A stretch of DNA of 64,000 bases from Carcharhinus amblyrhynchos (lineage: Eukaryota). The stretch covers positions 31,868,001 through 31,932,000 of the forward strand of contig OZ336878.1 in assembly GCA_965287045.1 (NCBI GenBank). Reading direction: 5' to 3'. Below the pieces are notes generated by a model. The model was not told the DNA's origin and ran no database searches. It worked only from the letters and a program-made list of their open reading frames with translations. Every line of letters starts with the position of its first letter. Positions within the stretch are counted from its first letter, which is position 1. The position numbers and the translations under genes are program-made. This document shows, one piece after another, positions 62,361 to 64,000 of the stretch.

Positions 62361-63664
62361 TTGTCAACTTCTTGGCATCTAAATAGATTGAGCAGGCAGT
62401 TCGAAGGGGTAGAGACAATAATGAGGATGTAATTGGAAGAGGAATGGGTAGTGAAATATGAGTGGTCTGGGAAACAGTGGGAGTGAGGGGGTTGGAGTAA
62501 CTTGAGTTATTGTGGGAGGGAACAGGAAGAGAGTCACTGAGGATGACATTTACCTATCCCATATGCAACCTGCAAACATTGATGGCTCTTTCTGCTTTGG
62601 TTGCAGGTAGCTATGCACAAAATGTCTTCCTGATGGCCCTCTCAGGACACAAATGTAAATATTGCTGAAAAAAGAAATATGTATTTGAAGCCTTTTGCCT
62701 TGCACTCATCAAAACAGTTCACAAGAATGTCAATAGTAAAGGGAACAACAATTTGTAATGCATGAGAAGAGAATGATGATTGATTAGCAAGTGGACTGTG
62801 ATTGATGGAGGTGTTGTCACAAAGAATGCACCAGGGAACGGTTAACTGCCAAGTTTTTGTTCAAATTCAAAAGAGGCAAGTTGACTCTGGTTAGTAAAGG
62901 CTTTGCCATGGGGAATGAACAGGCAAATGGCTGTTCATTCAACATTATTCAAGAAACATCCTGCCTGCATGCACACGTCAATGCTATTATGGCTAAGGCA
63001 GCATATTATCAGAGCTTGTTAACAAAAACTTATTTGATCCTTAATTATTTGCATATCATGGGTGATTTTGGCATCTGCTCACCTTCTGCATTAAGGGGTG
63101 ATCTCAGGAGGTGGCTGAGAAGCTGGTGGACTGGACACCCGCTTTATTTAATGTGCCTTGTTCCTCTACTGAAAACATTCCAGCCCTCTATGTGAAACCT
63201 ATAAAATTATCTGGGATTTATTCTTACTGGAACCTTAGTGCTCCTGTGAACCATCCTTAGATGCTTACCTACATTAAAAGTACTATATAAATGCAAGTTG
63301 TTTGATTAGTGATTCTATGTGGAACCCATACCAATGTCGCTGGGATTTGGATTTTAGACCAGTACCAGTGGAATGTATGCAGATATTCACTATCTGATAA
63401 CTGAGTGAAATGAAGTTGGACAGTTTCAATCTATTTCACAATCAACCAATATTGCTTCAGAGTATGAAATTATTCACAGATCCACCATTAAACGTTAGTA
63501 AATTTCCAATCTCAACGAGAACATACAATATAGGAAATATTATATCACACTGGTGCAGTAGAGGCTGCTTCCCTAATATTGAGTGATGGGAGGATCCATA
63601 ATTACAGTATATAAGTCTACAACTGCAATACTTATGAATTGTTTGGCACAAAAGTAGAGACTAT

Positions 63665-63815
63665 ATAGAATTGTGCCACATGGAAGGAGGCCTTTTGAGC
63701 CATTGTGCTTATGCTGGCTCGTTGATAAAGCTATCCATTTAGTAGTCCCACCCCTTGATCTTTCCCCATTGCTCACAATAGTTTCTCTTTCAGTATTCAA
63801 TCCCCTTTTGAAAGT
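63665..63815 (-). mobile_element. Old CR1 3' end
   Basis: atagaattgtgccacatggaaggaggcctttt...aatccccttttgaaag. Confidence 0.6.
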
Positions 63816-63818
63816 GGT

Positions 63819-64000
63819 AAGAAGTCTCACAATACCAGGTTAAAGTCCAATAGGCTTGGAATCACAAGCTTTAGGTGCGCTGCTCCATCATCAGGTTAGC
63901 GGGGGTAGACGCAATTGCTGTGTCAGTTGTATCTTTGCCTATATATGTCGTGTTTGTGAGCTTATCTTCACTCATCTGATGAAGGACCAGCACTCTGAAA
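63819..64000. mobile_element. Short inverted Penelope pseudo-LTR element with two hammerhead-like motifs; runs off the window end
   Basis: Starts aagtctcacaataccaggttaaagtccaa (compare 1711). Minus-strand CTGATGA-tggagcagcgcacc-TAAAGCTT at 63862-63896. Plus-strand CTGATGA-aggaccagcactct-GAAA at 63976-64000. Confidence 0.75.

Overview
AT-rich vertebrate genomic DNA whose repeat content (HE1/V-SINE-type SINEs, Deu-domain SINEs, abundant CR1 LINEs, Penelope-like elements) points to an elasmobranch, probably a shark. The window appears to lie entirely inside one + strand gene. The only host coding exon I found is a 100-nt exon at 32662-32761 encoding AYSFAMGKYPKTGLPLMIEGLNLQHIGKLHSGI, which I recognise as the ExoIII-motif exon of the DEDDh exoribonuclease ERI3. 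It is flanked by more than 32 kb and more than 31 kb of intron. The introns hold layered mobile DNA, including a young 5'-truncated CR1 with a 460-aa open RT frame, Rex1-like LINE pieces, SINEs and Harbinger-like remnants, separated by repeat-free blocks that look like conserved non-coding elements. The most striking structure is an 831-bp Penelope-derived insertion (1710-2540). It has a 13-bp target-site duplication and forms a 375-bp near-perfect palindrome, with a minimal hammerhead-ribozyme motif in each arm, each carrying a different core mutation. Further fold-back insertions lie at 11109-11229, 41189-41359 and 63819-64000. I see no convincing evidence of a wholly new system. The best leads are unusual configurations of known elements. 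Family names come from recalled motifs, not database searches, and boundaries of old repeats are approximate. Nearly all short ORFs in the track are spurious or repeat-derived.
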